Shown here: positions 54,433 through 58,514 of the stretch, piece after piece
How positions within the stretch are numbered: position 1 is the first letter of the stretch
Layout of the letters: each line of letters begins with the position of its first letter
NCBI GenBank assembly: GCA_963638375.1
Contig: CAVHRL010000001.1
Coordinates: 1-58,514, forward strand
Direction: 5' to 3'
Length of the DNA stretch: 58,514 nucleotides
DNA from: Lachnospiraceae bacterium
GTDB lineage: Bacteria > Bacillota_I > Bacilli_A > Erysipelotrichales > Erysipelotrichaceae
Position numbers and translations under genes: made by a program
Notes under the pieces: model-generated
Told to the model about the DNA's origin: nothing
Databases searched by the model: none
What the model saw: the letters and a program-made list of their open reading frames with translations, nothing else

Positions 54433-56276
54433 AGAGATCCTCCTTTATGATTGAGTGACAGGTAATATGTATTTTCTTGTTGGATAGAACTTGTAACGCC
54501 TTCACCTGCATTTGGATGAAAGTGTGAATATACAGAATCAATTCCAAATAATACTAATAAAATAATAGATAATGGAACGACAACTTTTTTATTTGCTTTA
54601 GAGACAAATGCATCGAATAATGGTGCTACTAGATAGATGACCAAAGAACATCCTACGCCAAATACGAGTAATCCTTCTGCACAAATTCTTCCATCTAAGT
54701 TGAGGAAGTAACCTGTATAATCCCACCATTTTTGATGATATGCGCTTTCTAGATACCAAGCAGTTGAGTATTCCAAAATGCCAGATAGGATGATTGCTCC
54801 AAAGAAACAAACGGGTGGATTTTTTCTGAGTCTAGCTAATAGTAACAAGGCAACGATGCCACCTGTTCCGTAGATTGGAAGCCATGGGCCAACTAATAGT
54901 CCACGATTTACAAATTTACCTAACGTTACTAACATGAGCGTACATTCCCAAGCCCATCCAATAAACGAGAATAGGAAGAAAAATAAAATGAGTGTCCATA
55001 TTGTATAACAACGTATATATTGAATAGAGAGTGCACTTTTCTTTAAACTTGGTTTATATAAAGGATTTAATCTAACAGGATAGGATTTCTTTTCTAAGGA
55101 ATCGTGTTCTGCAGAAATTGTATTTTTTAAGTTTTCTAAAGCCTGGAATTCTTTCTTCTTTGATGTTGTACCAATCCATAGTGAGAAATTGGATGCGAAG
55201 AATTTTTGAATCTTTGATAGTTGAATTGGATGAGCTTGCATATATTGTTCATCTTGTGCGATATCACTATATGCATTGTTTAATGTTTCATCATCCGCAA
55301 CTTCAAATAGATATGTATCGTTTAATAAATTGATATTTTCGATATTCTTTTCTTTACTAACTTGTCTTAACCATGCGTAGTACTTAGCTTCGATTGCAGT
55401 AATATAAGGATTTAAGAAGAAGATACCAACAATACCTAGCGTTAAGAAATCTAATAGATACCAACCAATTAAAGTGACATGGATCATGAATAGTTGCCAC
55501 TTATGACCATTCATCATTTTCCTAGATAAGTTAATGGCATCTCTTCCTGATATATCTGGATTTTCCGCAATGATATAAGGAACCATAGCGTAAGAGAAAG
55601 TTTTTATGATTCCTCCAATGATCGTACACCACCATAAAAATAAATAAATCGTACATCTTAGATAAGCAAGTGCAGCTTTGAAATTCTTTTTGATGGAATG
55701 AGAAATAAATGCATGTGACAAAGGTACTTTTTTATATGTACCTGCTTCTAAAACAATTCTTCTATGAACAATTCTGAAATAATCCACAACAAATATTTGA
55801 TAGAGAAGATACACAAACAACGCAACAATAATAATCAATGCGATTGCGATATTTGTTGAAGTGGTGATATGTGAAAGAGCACTAACAAGCGTTACAACAG
55901 CACTTCCAGAAAGGAAGGAATTGACTACTTTGGATAGAACACCTTCTGTATGTCCAAAGTGATTACTTGTATCATCTGTTTCAGATTCATAACTTTTCTT
56001 TGATTCTGTGGCTAATTTTTTAGCTTCATCAAAGTTTCCAGAAACGATATTATCAATAACATCTGATATTGGAGCATTCATGCCGATGACTTGTGAAGCC
56101 TGGATATTTTCTACTTCTTCGGAAACTTCTGTCTCAAAGTTTGTTGTCCAAGCAGACATCGCATTTGTGAATTCACTACCTAAGACACAAGCAATCAAAC
56201 AAAAGATCACTAATAAGAAATAGTGATGTTTTAATGTTTGTTTTGCATCTTTTTTTATTTGTTTACGGTTATACAT
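54429..56276 (-). CDS. DUF975-family membrane protein fused to a CmpB/DUF1113-type TM domain
   Basis: FSYAMVPYI..ENP...S..MM.GHKW (DUF975); FSFIGW.WE, NRG.L.GPWLPIYG, WWDY, NLDGRIC. Confidence 0.8.
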   Translation of the reverse strand: MYNRKQIKKDAKQTLKHHYFLLVIFCLIACVLGSEFTNAMSAWTTNFETEVSEEVENIQASQVIGMNAPISDVIDNIVSGNFDEAKKLATESKKSYESETDDTSNHFGHTEGVLSKVVNSFLSGSAVVTLVSALSHITTSTNIAIALIIIVALFVYLLYQIFVVDYFRIVHRRIVLEAGTYKKVPLSHAFISHSIKKNFKAALAYLRCTIYLFLWWCTIIGGIIKTFSYAMVPYIIAENPDISGRDAINLSRKMMNGHKWQLFMIHVTLIGWYLLDFLTLGIVGIFFLNPYITAIEAKYYAWLRQVSKEKNIENINLLNDTYLFEVADDETLNNAYSDIAQDEQYMQAHPIQLSKIQKFFASNFSLWIGTTSKKKEFQALENLKNTISAEHDSLEKKSYPVRLNPLYKPSLKKSALSIQYIRCYTIWTLILFFFLFSFIGWAWECTLMLVTLGKFVNRGLLVGPWLPIYGTGGIVALLLLARLRKNPPVCFFGAIILSGILEYSTAWYLESAYHQKWWDYTGYFLNLDGRICAEGLLVFGVGCSLVIYLVAPLFDAFVSKANKKVVVPLSIILLVLFGIDSVYSHFHPNAGEGVTSSIQQENTYYLSLNHKGGSL

Positions 56277-56365
56277 ATTTTTCTCTCCAACTTTTATAAA
56301 CATTTTATACTAAAAAGGTATATTTTGATAATTCATAAGATGAGGAAAGCTAAACTTGTTGATAA

Positions 56366-56457
56366 TCGCCAAGTGTCGGATTGATTTTTCGCCAATCGTC
56401 GGAATAAAATCTCGCCAAGTATCGGAATAAATTCTCGCCAATCGTCGGAAAAATAAA
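56366..56457. repeat. Four tandem 23-bp repeats, core TCGCCAA-(GT/TC)-RTCGGA
   Basis: Units start at 56366, 56389, 56412 and 56435; degenerate fifth unit at 56458. Confidence 0.9.
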
Positions 56458-56566
56458 TCAATATGTGTCGAATTGTGGATTTTGGTTGGTAGAAAAATCG
56501 TTTCGATGGGATGATTTTTGGAATTAAGAAGACTATAATGTGAGTGCTTACAAAGGAGATATTAAA

Positions 56567-58063
56567 ATGGCATTTCGTAAGGATTTTTTATGGGGTGGCG
56601 CAACAGCTGCCAATCAGTATGAAGGTGGTGTATTTGAAGGTGGTGCTGGATTAGCTACTGCTGATGTTATGACAAATGGTTCTCATACAGTTCGCCGTCA
56701 AGTTACTTGGAAAAAAGAGGATGGAACAACTGGTTCAACACCTTTATGTTTTGGAAGTGATGAAAGACATTTACCTGAAGGAGCAATTCCTTGTTTATTA
56801 GATGATGACAAGTATTATTATCCTTCTCATATCGCATCTGATTTTTATCATCATTACAAAGAAGATATTAAATTATGTGCGGAAGAAGGTTTTAAGTGCT
56901 TCCGTCTATCATTGAAATGGTCTCGTATTTTCCCTAATGGAGATGACGCTGAAGTAAATGAAGAAGGTGTAGCTTTCTATAAGAGTGTATTTGAAGAATG
57001 TAAGAAATATGGTATTGAACCATTGGTTACATTATCACATTATGAAACACCTCTATCACTAGCACAGAGATTTAATGGTTGGGATGATAGAAGACTTGTA
57101 GATTTATTTGTGAGATACGCTGAAACTTGTTTTGATCGTTTTGATGGATTATGTAAATATTATTTAACATTCAATGAAATCAACTGTATTGAAGCAGCAC
57201 CATACGTAACTGCTGGTTTAATTCATGCGGATGAACAAAATATCGCTAACGCTACATTCCATCAGTTCTTAGCGAGTGCGAAGACTGTTATTAGTGCACA
57301 TGAAAGTCATCCAGATATTCAAGTTGGTATGATGCTTGCGTTTGGTCCTGTATATGGTTATACATGTGATCCATATGATCAATTACTCGCAAAACAACAA
57401 GAAGATAGAACATTATTCTATTCTGATGTACAGATGACAGGTGTATATCCAAAGTATAAGTTAAAGGAATATGAAAGAAAGAACATTACAATTCCTGCAC
57501 AAGATGGAGACTACGAAACATTAAAAGAAGGTGTTTGTGATTTCATGAGTTTCTCTTGTTATGGAAGTCATGTTCAAACAACACATATGGAAGATGATAT
57601 GCAGAAGGGTGAAGGAAATGGAGCAATGCAAAGAACAGTTGCGAATCCTTACCTAAAGACAAACGCTTGGGGATGGGCTACTGATCCACAGTGTTTGAGA
57701 ATTGCATTGAATACATTCTATAACAGATATCATTGTGATTTATTCTGCGTAGAAAATGGTATTGGATGGAATGATAAGTTTGAAGATAATACAGTACATG
57801 ATGATTATCGTATTGATTATATGAGAGCGAACATTCAATCTATGAAAGATGCAGTAGAAATTGATGGTATTCCACTGATGGGATATTTATACTGGGGATG
57901 TGTTGACATGGTAAGTAATGGTGAAGGTGAAATGGCTAAGAGATATGGTCAGATCTATGTTGATGCAGATAACTATGGTCAAGGTACAATGGAAAGAAAG
58001 CTAAAAGATTCTTACTATTGGTATCAAAAGTGCATTAAGAGTAATGGCGAAGATTTAAAGTAA
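56567..58063 (+). CDS. Glycoside hydrolase family 1 (6-phospho-beta-glucosidase-like)
   Basis: FLWGGATAANQ.EG, TFNEIN, VENG, KRYG; AAGGAG RBS. Confidence 0.93.
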   Translation: MAFRKDFLWGGATAANQYEGGVFEGGAGLATADVMTNGSHTVRRQVTWKKEDGTTGSTPLCFGSDERHLPEGAIPCLLDDDKYYYPSHIASDFYHHYKEDIKLCAEEGFKCFRLSLKWSRIFPNGDDAEVNEEGVAFYKSVFEECKKYGIEPLVTLSHYETPLSLAQRFNGWDDRRLVDLFVRYAETCFDRFDGLCKYYLTFNEINCIEAAPYVTAGLIHADEQNIANATFHQFLASAKTVISAHESHPDIQVGMMLAFGPVYGYTCDPYDQLLAKQQEDRTLFYSDVQMTGVYPKYKLKEYERKNITIPAQDGDYETLKEGVCDFMSFSCYGSHVQTTHMEDDMQKGEGNGAMQRTVANPYLKTNAWGWATDPQCLRIALNTFYNRYHCDLFCVENGIGWNDKFEDNTVHDDYRIDYMRANIQSMKDAVEIDGIPLMGYLYWGCVDMVSNGEGEMAKRYGQIYVDADNYGQGTMERKLKDSYYWYQKCIKSNGEDLK

Positions 58064-58077
58064 TGAATTAGAATTTT

Positions 58078-58103
58078 GGGATGTCAAATTGGCATCCTTT
58101 TTT
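58078..58103 (+). terminator. GH1 terminator
   Basis: GGATGTCAA / TTGGCATCC followed by a T run. Confidence 0.75.
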
Positions 58104-58108
58104 GTTGG

Positions 58109-58187
58109 AGTATGAAAAAGTATAAAAAAGTATGAAAGAAAATTGAAAGTATAAAAAAGTATAACAAAGTATGAAAAAGTATAAAAA
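58109..58187. repeat. 10-bp-period AGTATRAAAA repeat array (3+4 copies)
   Basis: AGTAT at 58109, 58119, 58129 and 58148, 58158, 58168, 58178. Confidence 0.8.
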
Positions 58188-58514
58188 CAAAGAATTTAAA
58201 AATAAAATGACTTAATTCAAGCGAAAATTATAGATTGTCTTGTTAAAAAAATATAAAATACTACCAAAACTATAAAGAACTATAAAACGGAGAGCAACCA
58301 TGAAAAGAAAAAGATTCCTATTTCACAAGATATAATAGCGTGGAGCTGAGGGAGGAAATCTTGTGTAAGATAAATATTCAAAGAGAAGAAGTTAAAGAAG
58401 GTTTGTTTTTGTTGGGGATGAAAGCAAATAAGTGTTGTAATATAAATGGAAAGGTTAATAAATGAATGATAGAAATGAGAAAAAACAATAAGAAATTGAT
58501 ATTGAGTTGTACCT

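Noticed and set aside
56366..56457. CRISPR array
   Set aside because: Period is only 23 bp with 8-bp similar linkers; no unique spacers and no cas genes in the window.
58300..58335. Short ORF MKRKRFLFHKI with a GGAG upstream
   Set aside because: Only 11 codons with no attenuator structure; cannot be supported.

Overview
AT-rich, low-GC Firmicute chromosome segment; ribosomal protein style suggests Erysipelotrichaceae, by inference only. Bases 2.3-23.8 kb hold the core translation cluster: the str operon (rpsL-rpsG-fusA-tuf), then a HAD/barnase/barstar and GH1 block, then the S10-spc-alpha genes. rpmD (L30), map and infA are missing from their usual positions. The rest is housekeeping and accessory: a SWIM-SNF2 helicase; a polar amino-acid ABC transporter plus M20 amidohydrolase operon under an atypical lysine-class riboswitch; a ydjI/G/H-like envelope-stress cluster; a YtrA-type GntR/ABC operon; tRNA-Asn; a CydDC-like ABC pair; a DUF234-type ATPase; pstSCAB-phoU; an intact yefM-yoeB pair next to a decayed AbiE-like pair; and a second GH1 gene flanked by a 23-bp and a 10-bp repeat array. 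The best leads are the variant riboswitch, a motif shared upstream of both ribosomal promoters, the two repeat arrays and the lipoprotein barnase operon. All calls come from reading the sequence; no searches were run.
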